The notes under the pieces are model-generated. The model worked only from the letters and a program-made list of their open reading frames with translations, was not told the DNA's origin and made no database searches. The position numbers were made by a program, and so were the translations under genes. A DNA stretch of 63,508 nucleotides, filler included, from Octopus bimaculoides (taxonomy: Eukaryota), in assembly GCF_001194135.2 (NCBI RefSeq). It is 5 parts of 5 records of this genome, joined end to end, with 100 filler letters (N's around TTAATTAATTAA, not from the genome) between each part and the next. Parts side by side here need not be neighbours in the genome. Positions count along the whole stretch, not along the records: positions 12,996 to 30,068 come from NC_068988.1; positions 30,169 to 42,105 come from NC_069000.1; 3 more parts are not named here. One strand, written 5' to 3'. Position 1 is the stretch's first letter. Every line of letters starts with the position of its first letter. Shown here piece after piece: positions 25,951-38,557 of this stretch.

Positions 25951-26273
25951 AAGGCGAGTGGCTAAGTGCTTAGGGATATTCACCTTCCAGCCGTAACATC
26001 ATGAGTTCGATTCCGGGCAGCGCATTATGTTCTTGAGCGAGAGACTTTATATCACGTTGCTTCGATCCTCTCAGCTAGCAAAAGTTGTACCTATAATTCA
26101 AAAGGCCAACCTAGTCACATTCAGCGTGTCACTCTGAAATTCCCTGTTAATTATGGTAAGGATAAGTAAGACCTGTCTGAGGAGTGCTCAACACTTGCAC
26201 TTCAGATTTACGAATAGGATGTTCCTCCATTGGATCACCTGGAACCCCCGTCATCGTTGCCGACGGAGTGCCA
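25951..26273 (+). mobile_element. tRNA-derived SINE with C-type core and D-type tail
   Basis: Head gagtggctaagtg...gagttcgattcc, core ttcttgagcgagagactttatatcacgttgct, tail ...ggaacccccgtcatcgttgccgacggagtgcca matching 62020-62054. Confidence 0.75.
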
Positions 26274-26868
26274 TGTAGTATCAGTTTAGTGTCATGAGGA
26301 ATGTGTTATATCATTGGGTAGTCGTTATGTACAAAGGCTCTGCAGAGATTGAGCTGTGGTTAGTGTTACTATATTGATCGACAATTTTTTATAGAGCGAT
26401 AGTGTGCGTTATAGTATTTATCTGTAGAGGAATGTAACACTTAAATACATACATCATTCGTCCAGCCGATCCCTACTAATTCTGTTATATTTTAGAGAGT
26501 GTTAAAAGTATAAGGAAAGCCTCTTTGTCGGAGTAAAACTTTGCGTGTTATCCTTTCGGTGTTGTTATAATAAGTACTTCGGCGTTTAATAGAAATGATT
26601 GTTATTAAAAAGGATGAGGTTGCAGAATCGTTGAAGCCTTTGGTTAGGGTGCTGGACCCAATTTTCCCCAAGAAATTGTTTAAAGCGAATTTATGCTTCT
26701 AGAAGTAACCATGTAAACTCACATAGATTGAGATTTCATATTACTTACTGGAGACAGAATTTCTGCCAACTGAACAGCACATTGCAGAGTTTAGACATGT
26801 GCAATTGCAATTTGGAAGTTCAGATATTCAATATCATTCTACATGCGGGAAAAACACCGAACCTCAAA

Positions 26869-26899
<31 letters not shown>

Positions 26900-27637
26900 N
26901 NNNNNNNNNNNNNNNNNNNNNNNNNNNNNNNNNNNNNNNNNNNNNNNNNNNNNNNNNNNNNNNNNNNNNNNNNNNNNNNNNNNNNNNNNNNNNNNNNNNN
27001 NNNNNNNNNNNNNNNNNNNNNNNNNNNNNNNNNNNNNNNNNNNNNNNNNNNNNNNNNNNNNNNNNNNNNNNNNNNNNNNNNNNNNNNNNNNNNNNNNNNN
27101 NNNNNNNNNNNNNNNNNNNNNNNNNNNNNNNNNNNNNNNNNNNNNNNNNNNNNNNNNNNNNNNNNNNNNNNNNNNNNNNNNNNNNNNNNNNNNNNNNNNN
27201 NNNNNNNNNNNNNNNNNNNNNNNNNNNNNNNNNNNNNNNNNNNNNNNNNAGAGAGAGAGAGAGAGAGAGAGAGAGACTACTCAAAGACCTTCATTATTTC
27301 CAATGTATTTATACGTTGTTGCTTATTGATTCTTTTTTGTCTTTAAAGCAGGACAAATGACATAAGTTTTATTTTTCCTTTAGATACGTTACTGTCAAGA
27401 TAAACGTGCGTTTAAAAGAGTCGGCTCACATGTTGAAATGGATCTCTTCATTCGTATCTCAAAATCGTTTATTCATACCATTGTTGCTGTTGTTGTTTTG
27501 CGTGGTGACAGGAGGTTTAAATTACTCGAATAGTATGCCTACGTCCCTTTACCTTGATGTTTTGTCGGATCTGACGTAGATTGATTCAACTAAAACCTCG
27601 CCAAAGATATATGGAATATTGCCAGTGTTAGAAACCG

Positions 27638-27718
27638 TCATCGTCGTCGTCGTCGTTGTCGTCGTTGTCACCATTGTTATCATCATCATCATCATCATCA
27701 TCATCATCGTCGTCATCG

Positions 27719-27768
<50 letters not shown>

Positions 27769-27808
27769 TTCATCGTCGTCGTCGTCGTCTTCATCTTCAT
27801 CGTCATCA
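27638..27808. repeat. compound (CGT)n/(CAT)n microsatellite
   Basis: Direct reading. Confidence 0.95.
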
Positions 27809-28324
27809 GATCCCAGTAATTGTATCTTACGTTATTATCTTCCACATTACTACTAATATCAATGGGAGGATCCCCGTCTCTTTCCGCGACGATTATCTAC
27901 TTGGTTGATTAACTAACTTTTTGTTGTTTGAACTAATGCATGAGTGACTGCACATTATAACGACACGTCTCTTACGTAAGACTGACGCTGCATCAGTGCA
28001 TCGTAGTATTTGACAAAGGATAAACATTATGAACTATACGTATAACCCATCTGAACTATACGTATTATGAACTATACGTATAACCCAGTACAGTTTTCGA
28101 TTTCTGAATTTCTCTCACTCTAGATGGGCCCGCACGAAGTTACATATAATTGCATTTGCCTGGAGTGGGCTTGAACCTGAGTGTAATGGTTGCGAAAATG
28201 AATTTTCTATGCATCCGTCCATACAAAACCTATTACATAATGATTTCAAATTTTGTAATAAGGTCAGCAATTTCTGCTCAACTGGTTCTTGTTTCATCGA
28301 CCCAAAATGGCAAATACCCAAAGA

Positions 28325-28531
28325 AAGCTAATAGTGCCGATTTTGACAAAGCCTTTACCCATCAATGATTAGTGTCTTCTGGCTTAAAATCAGAAACAGA
28401 AGGGTTTATCATAGCAGCCCAAGATCAATGCCTACCTACAAGGAACTACCTGGCCAACATATTAAAGAACGGCAGTAACCCACCATGTCGTGTATGTAAA
28501 CAAAAAGGAAACCATTGATCATGTTGTCTCA
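28325..28531 (+). pseudogene. R4/Dong-like LINE fragment (zinc-knuckle region)
   Basis: LKSETEGFIIAAQDQCLPTRNYLANILKNGSNPPCRVCKQ..ETIDHVVS (CxxC...H). Confidence 0.85.
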
Positions 28532-28559
28532 ACAGAATTTGAACTCAAATATCAAAAAT

Positions 28560-29590
28560 TTCTTTTCGGATTCTTGAAGAATACAGGTTGACATTTTCCT
28601 GCAGATCGACAATGTGCATTTTAATTCAAGTATCCTTCAGTTTCTTAGTTAGCGTTTTGGGTGTTGTCCCAAGAGCACCAATTACCGCACGAATTACTAT
28701 TGTTCTAGTCTTCCACAGCTCCTTCAACTCTCTGGCAAAGTTCACATATTTCACATTTTATTGCTTTCGATTTCTATGGTATCAACTCTGTTATCAGAGT
28801 GAATTGGAAAATACATGATCTTACACAGTTTTATTTTCTGTTTTTAAATTGTCCTGTATAATCTTATGTGGTTTCTTGCTTCAGCATGGTCAGCTTTTAT
28901 GTGAAAGTTCCAATGCTTCCTGAAATTCTTATTCCTTATTATAGCATCTGGATAGTGCTCATATCACTTTCCTGATATTTCGAAACCACACACAAAGCCA
29001 ACTCCTTTATCTATACAATTATGCCTGCGCTTATAATCTTTGGTGGTAGCGTACTGCATTCAATCAAGAAATCATAGATGCTTTCACTTCCTTTTCTGCA
29101 TTTGCACTCTTTCACTCTCTCTCTTTTTCTCTCGAGTTTTGTCGTTCTTTGCATTTATCAGATTCGTCCTAACGAATCATTCCTGATTGATTATACTTAA
29201 CGCTTCGGTCTCTCGTTTCAGGCTTCCGTCCATCAGCCAAAGTCAGCTTTCTTTACTTCCGACATTCTCGGTTTGTTGTATGAATTGGCATGTAATTCAG
29301 TTTCTTTCTAAGTTCTTGCTCGTTTTTTTTTTTATTCTTACACTCCTGCAATTCTCTTTGTTTCACTTATTTCTGGGTATGTCTTGCTGCCGATTTTCCT
29401 TCAGTCTGTAAAACATAATTTTCCAAACCCAATATGGCAGTACTAACGGTATCTTCTACATTTTAGTAACCTTTAACATCCTTCTTTTCTTGGTAGGTGG
29501 AGTCTATCGGTATTATGTTTACGTTGGTATGCGCTGTGTATTGTGGACAGCTTTCTAGTTCTTCTATCTAAGTTCCGTAGCTCGGCGTCT
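28560..29590 (-). pseudogene. R4/Dong-like LINE fragment (RT thumb, knuckle, RLE), 5'-truncated
   Basis: Minus-strand pieces ELRNLDRRTRKL, DRLHLPRKEG, LWLMDGSLKRETE, KRRHN, ARELKELWKT, VIGALGTTPK in canonical order, with frameshifts. Confidence 0.8.
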
Positions 29591-29811
29591 ATCCATTTCG
29601 GAAAGAGAGAAGAGTATTTTAATACTAACATAACATGTATACATGTATGCATGTATTTATGGCTTTAACTTTGTTTCAGGGACTCATTTAACTTTGTTTC
29701 AGGCACTTCCTAATTCTTGTCATATAAACTTTGGACAATTTCCTTTTTCACTTTCTTCTGTTATCCTGTTGTCTTGCAACTCTCCAATCATCATCATCAT
29801 CATTATTATTA

Positions 29812-30068
29812 TCATTATTATTCAGTAGTTTTATTTTTATAACGTGCTTTCACTTCACTACCGAGCGCAGCTCTGTGCGCCTTGAGTATGTGCTGTGGTT
29901 TGCTGTGGTGCTCTTATGTTTACTGTATTGAAAGTGTTTTGCGTAGAATGTGTGCAGTACCCAGTAGTGCAATTTTCTGTATGTTATATATATTTGTAAG
30001 TCCTGCTATTTTTGTTATGTATTTATCTGAATATTTTTTTTATTATACCTAAGGCACCTACTATGATA
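29812..30068 (-). mobile_element. R4/Dong-like LINE 3' end with (TAA)n tail
   Basis: IIVGALGII...QKIALLGTAHILRKTLSIQ* (stop at 29920-29922), short 3' UTR ending aaaactactgaataataat; runs into the gap at 30069. Confidence 0.85.
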
Positions 30069-30168
30069 NNNNNNNNNNNNNNNNNNNNNNNNNNNNNNNN
30101 NNNNNNNNNNNNTTAATTAATTAANNNNNNNNNNNNNNNNNNNNNNNNNNNNNNNNNNNNNNNNNNNN

Positions 30169-30201
<33 letters not shown>

Positions 30202-30699
30202 TGTATATGTATGTGTTTGCGTATGTGTTTGTGTGTATGTGTATGCGTGTCTGTGCGTGCCGAGAAATCATGTAAACAATTCTTGCAGTCATTAGAGTGA
30301 AATTGCTCCGGGACATTATTCATATTTGGTAAGTCAGCTCTTGCAGATAAGAGATACACTAAGGAAATATGCTGAATACTGTGAAGATGAGATTTGTGTT
30401 ATTCTTTTCAACTAATTAACATAGAAATACAAATTCATGCCTTCGGCCATTTTAAGTATATACTTATCATTTCTTTCCGAATTGGTCGCTGTACCATTTG
30501 TTGTTTCCCAATGTATCGACATCTCTAACGGTACAAACGCGCGTACACACACACGGACATACGCATACACACACACACATACATATACACAGTCACACGC
30601 ATATGTATGATCACAAACATAAGTCCACATACGCACACAATAACCTCCACACACACACACACACACACAAACACGCATATATATGATTCTCAGGTTTCT

Positions 30700-30900
30700 T
30701 TTGTTGTAAGTCTTGGAGTTGTTTGTGGTGATGTGTCCGGCTGTCGGTGATTCGTCTTTTACTTCCGGAAGGAATACGTCCAGGTAGCGTTCAAGTAAAT
30801 CTTATAATGTTGGTTTCGTCTTTGTATTCTATCAAAATAATTGTAAATAAACCTGAATCACTTGAGTTAAAAATAAGCTGTCACAATGCTTTTGTCTGTC
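30700..30900 (-). pseudogene. possible CR1/L2-like LINE 3' remnant
   Basis: DLLERYLDVFLPEVKDESPTAGH resembles the FKxxLDxFLxxVPDxP end of CR1-group ORF2. Confidence 0.4.
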
Positions 30901-30999
30901 ATATGAGCTCGATTTTTGAAGGCTGGGGTCAAACAATATAAAGCATGATTACGCTTTCTGCTTCAGTGTATATGTGTACGATCACTCATACATATAACC

Positions 31000-31087
31000 A
31001 CACAAACTCACTCACTCACTCACTCACTCACTCACTCACTCACTCACTCACTCACTCGCTCATTCACTCTCTCACTCACTCACTCAC
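31000..31087. repeat. (CACT)n microsatellite
   Basis: Direct reading. Confidence 0.95.
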
Positions 31088-32059
31088 ACACGCACAATTC
31101 TCTCTCACAAACACACTCAGGGTTGATTCATTCGAAATACAGTTCTTGAAGGTGGTGCTTCAGCATGGCCTCAATCTAATGAGTGAAACAAGTAAATATA
31201 CAACTATATATATANNNNNNNNNNNNNNNNNNNNNNNNNNNNNNNNNNNNNNNNNNNNNNNNNNNNNNNNNNNNNNNNNNNNNNNNNNNNNNNNNNNNNN
31301 NNNNNNNNNNNNNNNNNNNNNNNNNNNNNNNNNNNNNNNNNNNNNNNNNNNNNNNNNNNNATATATATACAGAGAGAAAGAGAGAGTTACATTTTTCTTA
31401 CGAAATATATCGATTCAGGTGGAACCTGAAACGCTAGACAGACATAAAAAAAAATAATAAAAGGAAAAAAATTCTGATTAGACAAACCACTTTCATCACA
31501 TATGTGTGCGGATTTGATCAGCATAAATTCGTCCAGTCCAAAATTAAAATATATATTAATATATCGAACATAGAAAAATATAGGAATATTAAAGATTTTC
31601 CTATGTATGTATGTATGTACGTATGTATGTATGTATGTATGTATGTATGTATGTATGTATGTATGTATGTATGTATGTTTGTGTGTGTGTATATATGTGT
31701 GTGTGTGTGCTTATTCTCAAACAGGAATATTCTTTATAGCGACTTCGAAATTTTGAACTTCCAGCTATTTAAGCCATCGACGCGGACAATTACTCGAATG
31801 GCCGAAATTGTGAAGTCATTGCCAGAAATATTGTTAAGTATAAAATTGTATAATGCAAAAGTATAGAATAACCCCCCCCCCCAATTTAATATAAAATTGT
31901 TTTTATTATAACTAAACACAAACACACACACGCACACACACACACACACACACCATATATATGCATACATGAAAGAAAAGAATACATTTATCAGTTACTC
32001 TCAGTCTCCTCCAAGTATATAGCTTCAAAATCATTTGCAGTGATTATTGTAGATTCTAC

Positions 32060-32180
32060 CTTCGAACGTCTGGCTTAATCAATACAGGAATTCGTAGAAA
32101 CTGATAAAAGAATTTGGAAACTGTTCTCTTTGACTGGAAATTTGAGCATCATTTGTAATGCATACATATGAAGAAGAAGA
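32060..32180 (+). pseudogene. possible RLE-type LINE remnant
   Basis: QEFVETDKRIWKLFSLTGNL resembles xELxxIDxKTRKLLTMTGNF of R4/NeSL-type RT thumb. Confidence 0.4.
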
Positions 32181-33004
32181 AGACTATGCCATCAAGTCTT
32201 TTGTAAACCCTAATAAAACTGGAATTGTAACATTTAACTATCATGTTCAGCAGAAAATAATAAAATGTTCCGTAAGAATATTGCTCAAGTTTGCAAACAT
32301 GAAATAAAAGTCGTTATTAGGATAGCTAATGTCTTTGAGGAGAAACATGGAATAAAACTTGACATTGATATCTCCGCACAAAGCATTTCAAGATTGTAGC
32401 TTCTACTACAAAAACAACCAAAATAGAAAAGCGCATTGCTACTCTGATGTACAATTACTTGAGACGAGAAACAATGATCTCATAGGGAATACGCCATATT
32501 AAAATGGTGGTGTAAAATAACGATAATTTTATAGCATATCGCAATGAATGTTGCTCGCAAAGAATGCAGGGACAGAAAAATATCCCACCAAGTATAGTTT
32601 ATAGTAGATTTAGGAAACATCATCTAATATAAGGAAAAAATATGTAATTTATATGCGACAAGAATAAAAATAAGTAACATTGAACACTTGATAACCAAAC
32701 TGCAAAATGAGTGAGCGTTCTGCAGATATTATGTCCAATTTGATATGATTTCGTGCCATGGGAATTGAGAAGTTTAGAATACATTAGGAAATAAAGAACA
32801 TAGAAGTCACAGATAAGCATTAGAACGAATTGATTAACAATAAAGAATATAAACGCAATATTGTTGGAGTTTAATGATCACTTCAGGCGAATAAATGAAA
32901 GATAAAGAATGAGAAGAAAAGTTATTGATATAGATATTGAAAACCCTGTGCACAAAATAAAATTTCATTTTTATATATTCCTTCATGTATGAATCATTCA
33001 CCGA

Positions 33005-33069
33005 ATGACTCCATATATACGAATCTACACCGGTGAAATTACATATGAAACTTTTGAAAAAGAATTTCA
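33005..33069 (+). pseudogene. possible decayed C2H2 zinc-finger repeat
   Basis: MTPYIRIYTGEITYETFEKEF versus LTRHIRIHTGEKPYxCxxCxKxF; both His codons appear as TAT/TAC. Confidence 0.3.
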
Positions 33070-33391
33070 AAGATTTATATTTCATATGTTAAATTCATAA
33101 AATAACTACAATCAGAAATCCTAGAAACATCTTAAAACTTAATGGATTCATCAGAATCTTGCTATAGGATACACAAATGCTCAAAATAAACTGAAGCTAA
33201 TGCGTGCACATGCGTGTGTAACCATGCGTGTGTAACCATGCATGAGCAAATATGCAAATTACATTAGTATGTGTACCAATATGTAATCTGTATTTCCTAT
33301 AATTATCCAAAACGTTCATTGTGCATCCATTGAGGTCCCTTTTTTTACATACGGTATGCAGAGGTGACAGAGTCGATATCACTCAATATTT

Positions 33392-33458
<67 letters not shown>

Positions 33459-34349
33459 TTGTGTGTGTCTGTGTCTGTGTCTGTGTATGTGTGTATATGT
33501 GTATGTGTGCGCGTGTGTGCGTGTGTGTGTGTGTTGTGCTTGTGTCAGCTTCAAAAGAGACAGATAGAATAAGTACGAGGCTTTATACAAAGAATTGCAA
33601 GTACTGGTGTCGATTCGCTCTACTAAAACCCCCTTCAAGGCGCTGCTCCAGCATTGCTACAGTCTACTGACTGAAAGAAGTAGAAGAAAATAGTTTCTGC
33701 TACTCACTAAGAAATTCTACACATCCATGGCCAGTCGCATCCAATTCTTTTCACTTCGAAATCAGTAACTTAAGCCCCAAATTTACTGTCTTCCAACTGA
33801 ATTGGATACCCCTCTCTACATACGTACACACAGTGGGCAGAAACACATCCGGTTGCTTTAAACAAATATGGCCACATGAACATAGAATTTCAGCGCAGAA
33901 GTTGATCCTACACTCATGAAAATTTTTAACTTCTCTCTATTTCTCTCTCACTCTCTCCTCTCTCTCTCTTTCACTTTGACTCTCTCTCACTTTCTCTCTT
34001 TCCTTCTCTTCCAACGTTTGGAAACACGCTTAGGTGTATCGCATTTGTAAGAAACCCAACTAGTGCTACGTAGTCAAATTTCGCCCTACAGCTGTTTCAT
34101 CACACACACAGACATACGCATATACACATACGCACAAACACACACACACACACACACACGCACACACACACACACACACATATATAAATACACGCACTCA
34201 TACACAGACAACTACATTGTGTATATGTACGTGTATATGCATATGAATGTGTATATTTGCACTCACACACAGGTGCACACAGAGGCACGCACACACACAC
34301 AAACACACACACACACACACACGCACACACACACACACACACATATAAA

Positions 34350-34625
34350 TACAACTTGAAGGAGATATCGATTTCTTGGTCATCAAAGCAGGTGTCTTGC
34401 AGGTTGACACAATTGAACCATTCATATTTATCATCTGTTTCGGTTGCGTTCTTCACCAAATTCACTGACAAAAGCCTAAGAAAAAGCCAAAACAAGAAAA
34501 AAAAAAAACATACAAATAACGAAACAAAACAATTTCAACTCCTGAGACATCCATCTTCCCTCGCTTACCTTATCCATAATAATAACCAATATAGATGATA
34601 TTGAAGATATCGCTCTGTTTGTAAT
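34350..34625 (+). pseudogene. RTE-type LINE reverse transcriptase remnant
   Basis: EGDIDFLVIKAGVLQVDTIEPFIFII matches RTE GVLQGDTLAPYLFII; downstream DDIEDIALF corresponds to DYADDIALL. Confidence 0.65.
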
Positions 34626-34838
34626 CGCCAATTTTCAGGCGCTGCCACCTTTCCACACGACCTTCAGAAAACACACACACACACACACATATATACATAT
34701 AAATGCAGTGTACGCTTAAACACATAAGAGGTATCCGTCATATAATTCCTCGCACGCTAGAAGGAACAGCCAAAATCCAAACCACGATTAGACAGATAAA
34801 TAGATAAATAGATAGATGACAGATAGATAGATGGGTAA

Positions 34839-34869
<31 letters not shown>

Positions 34870-35556
34870 TATACATACATACATACATACATATATACTT
34901 GTACATATAAACTGGCAAAATGTTCTTTACAAATATAATATATACAATGCTAAACGCTTGGAAGCTGAGTTTTTTCGTTTACGTGGGATCCCTTTCAAAA
35001 TGTTTTTAAACATATGCATGTATGTATATGTTTGCGTATGTTTATGCGTGTGTGCGTATATATGTGTGTGTGAATCTGTGTGTGTATGAGTGTGTAAGTG
35101 TTTGCGTATACTGATGTATATGTTTGCATGTGTCACGTTTTTCGTCTTCTGAATGTAAGCATATTCCATACACAATAATTTTTATCGTGATTCGCGTACA
35201 TTATGAAATATATTTCTAACAACATAAAACTATAACCTTCAGAGCAGAATTAACAAGACAAATAAATAGAATGAAAAAAAAAACAAAAATAATAACAATA
35301 ACTCAGAATTTATTCGTCTGATTCCACCTGGAGGCCTGTATCATTAGCATTACTGAGATTGTTTGTTATATTATATACACATTGATTTCTTCTTAGCAGT
35401 AACAGGCTGATTCTGTGGTGAATACCGAATGATAGTTTGTTAAGCAATTTCGCAAATTCTCCACCTGCATGTATTCATATACACATAGGCTAAAATACAT
35501 GCACACAAACATATACACGCACCCATACATACACATATATGTATGTATATGTATGC

Positions 35557-35617
<61 letters not shown>

Positions 35618-36541
35618 CATATATATATATATATAGAAAGAGTGAGAAAAAGAGAAAGAGAGAGGAGAAATGACATGTAATATATGTGTGTGCCTAGCCT
35701 TCAAACACACATACACACACACATACACACATATATATGTTGTATANNNNNNNNNNNNNNNNNNNNNNNNNNNNNNNNNNNNNNNNNNNNNNNNNNNNNN
35801 NNNNNNNNNNNNNNNNNNNNNNNNNNNNNNNNNNNNNNNNNNNNNNNNNNNNNNNNNNNNNNNNNNNNNNNNNNNNNNNNNNNNNNNNNNNNNNNNNNNN
35901 NNNNNNNNNNNNNNNNNNNNNNNNNNNNNNNNNNNNNNNNNNNNNNNNNNNNNNNNNNNNNNNNNNNNNNNNNNNNNNNNNNNNNNNNNNNNNNNNNNNN
36001 NNNNNNNNNNNNNNNNNNNNNNNNNNNNNNNNNNNNNNNNNNNNNNNNNNNNNNNNNNNNNNNNNNNNNNNNNNNNNNNNNNNNNNNNNNNNNNNNNNNN
36101 NNNNNNNNNNNNNNNNNNNNNNNNNNNNNNNNNNNNNNNNNNNNNNNNNNNNNNNNNNNNNNNNNNNNNNNNNNNNNNNNNNNNNNNNNNNNNNNNNNNN
36201 NNNNNNNNNNNNNNNNNNNNNNNNNNNNNNNNNNNNNNNNNNNNNNNNNNNNNNNNNNNNNNNNNNNNNNNNNNNNNNNNNNNNNNNNNNNNNNNNNNNN
36301 NNNNNNNNNNNNNNNNNNNNNNNNNNNNNNNNNNNNNNNNNNNNNNNNNNNNNNNNNNNNNNNNNNNNNNNNNNNNNNNNNNNNNNNNNNNNNNNNNNNN
36401 NNNNNNNNNNNNNNNNNNNNNNNNNNNNNNNNNNNNNNNNNNNNNNNNNNNNNNNNNNNNNNNNNNNNNNNNNNNNNNNNNNNNNNNNNNNNNNNNNNNN
36501 NNNNNNNNNNNNNNNNNNNNNNNNNNNNNNNNNNNNNNNNN

Positions 36542-36586
<45 letters not shown>

Positions 36587-36990
36587 TATATAGATATATG
36601 AAGTTATATGTATACATACATATATATATATACATATATATACACACTCACAAACACATATATACACACAATTATATACTTACTCGCATGTATAATTGTA
36701 TATCCACAGGACAAATATAAATCAGAATTGAAAATATGTGTTTCCAATGTATGAAGAAGTTACTGTGTGTGTCTGTTTGAATGAGTGTGTATACGTACAC
36801 ACACTCACATACATACATACATACATACATACATACATGCACTCACAGGTGTACACACACATGCACACACACGCATAGACACACAGACACATACACGCAC
36901 ACGCACTCACAGACACGAAAAAGACATTTAGACAGATGACAAAATAAATAAATAGATAGATAGTTAGATAGATAGTTAGAGAGAGAGAGG

Positions 36991-37035
<45 letters not shown>

Positions 37036-37608
37036 AGAGAGAGATAGACTGATAGATAGAGAATCATTGTAGAAAGCTATTTATCTATTTATCTATATAG
37101 TAAGTTAGTTTGTAAATCAAGTAGTTAGTTATTTAGCCAGGTAGTTAGCCAGTTAGCTTGTTTGTTACTTTGTTAGAGAGTTAGAAGTGGATTTGTGCAG
37201 ATGAATAGACAGAATAAGATAAATCTCTACTAATCACAACTGACATGTTATTCAGCACAAATTAGAATTGATTTGCTGAAGAGGTTATAGAAAATTGAAT
37301 GGGTATTACTGCTACAAAGAATGGAAGTTAAACACTTAAAGGCCAATGCAATGTCTTCACATTTAATTTATAATGATGAGAGTATAAAGAGGTTGTATCA
37401 AACACAGTTACAGTAGCTGTTCATATGAATGTTTGAGATGATCTTTGTGATCGCCAATGTTTTCCGTTTAAAGCTGATTGTTCTGAATGGCATTGTGTCA
37501 CACTAATTATCTTCCAAAGTTGTGTGGTCTTTTGTTAATGAAAGGACATCGTTCTCATTACATTGAAATGCAGGCTATGCGTTCTTCTGACAGTGTTGAT
37601 AAAATAAA

Positions 37609-37775
37609 GTGCGCGCAGGCGTGGCTGAGTGGTATGAAGCGACATGGTTCCAGCGACATGGTTCTGGATTCAGTCCCAATGCGTGGCAATTTGGTCAAGT
37701 GTACTCTACTATAGCCTCGGACCGACTAGGGCCTTGGGAATTGATTTGGTGGATGGAAACTGAAAGAGGCCCGTC

Positions 37776-37846
<71 letters not shown>

Positions 37847-38403
37847 CTCAGTGGTTGGAGCGTCGAGCTTACGATCGCGAGGTTGTGAATTCGAATCCAG
37901 GACCAGTCTGCGTGTTGTGTTCTTGAGCAAGACACTTTATTTTACGTTGCTCCAGTTCACTCAGCTGTAGAAATGAGTTGCGACGTCACAGGTGCCAAGC
38001 TGTATCGCCCTTTGCCTTTCGTTTCGATGACATCAGTGGCGTGGACAGAGGAGGTTAGTATGCATGGGCGACTGCTGGTCTTCCATAAACAACCTTGCCC
38101 GGACTTGTGCCTCGGAGGGTAACTTTCTAGGTGCAATCCCATGGTCAGTCATGACCGAAGGGTGTCTCAGTTGTATACATTTATGTGTGTGTGCGTATGT
38201 GTGTCTGTATGTGTGTATGTATGTGTGTGTGTCTCTTTATGTGTGTGTATGTGTGTGTCTCTTTATGTGTGTGTGTCTGTATGCGCGTGTGTATCGCTTT
38301 GCATTTGTGTTTGTTCACCACTATAACTTACAACTGGTGTTGGTGTGCTGAAGTCTATGTAAGTGAGCAGTTCGTCAAAGGAGACTGACAAAATAAGTAC
38401 CAA
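37609..38403 (+). mobile_element. SINE family A interrupted by a family C copy
   Basis: A 5' half 37609-37780, then (TA)n, C copy, (TG)n, and A 3' half 38300-38403 (caactggtgttggtg...gttcgtcaaaggagactgacaaaataagtac). Confidence 0.75.
37844..38168 (+). mobile_element. SINE family C (full length)
   Basis: tggctcagtggttggagcgtcg...ttcgaatcc (A/B boxes); highly similar to 54068-54400. Confidence 0.88.
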
Positions 38404-38410
38404 CTGTATG

Positions 38411-38491
<81 letters not shown>

Positions 38492-38511
38492 CTAAATATA
38501 GAGAGACAAAC

Positions 38512-38557
<46 letters not shown>
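38411..38557. repeat. inverted (TATC)n ... (GATA)n microsatellite pair
   Basis: (TATC)n 38411-38494, short spacer, (GATA)n 38513-38557. Confidence 0.9.

Noticed and set aside
28026-28087. attatgaactatacgtataaccca repeated with a partial middle copy (CRISPR-like look)
   Set aside because: No unique spacers; a simple slippage duplication. Similar short tandems occur at 33209-33240, 56406-56465 and 59094-59122.
29195-29240. ctgatgg...tgaaacg on the minus strand as a hammerhead
   Set aside because: It is the coding sequence LWLMDGSLKRETE of the R4-like LINE, and the core is not CUGANGA.
37844-37905. SINE heads (also 54075, 61680, 44197) as tRNA genes
   Set aside because: They have A/B boxes but no paired acceptor stem, and they continue into shared SINE bodies.
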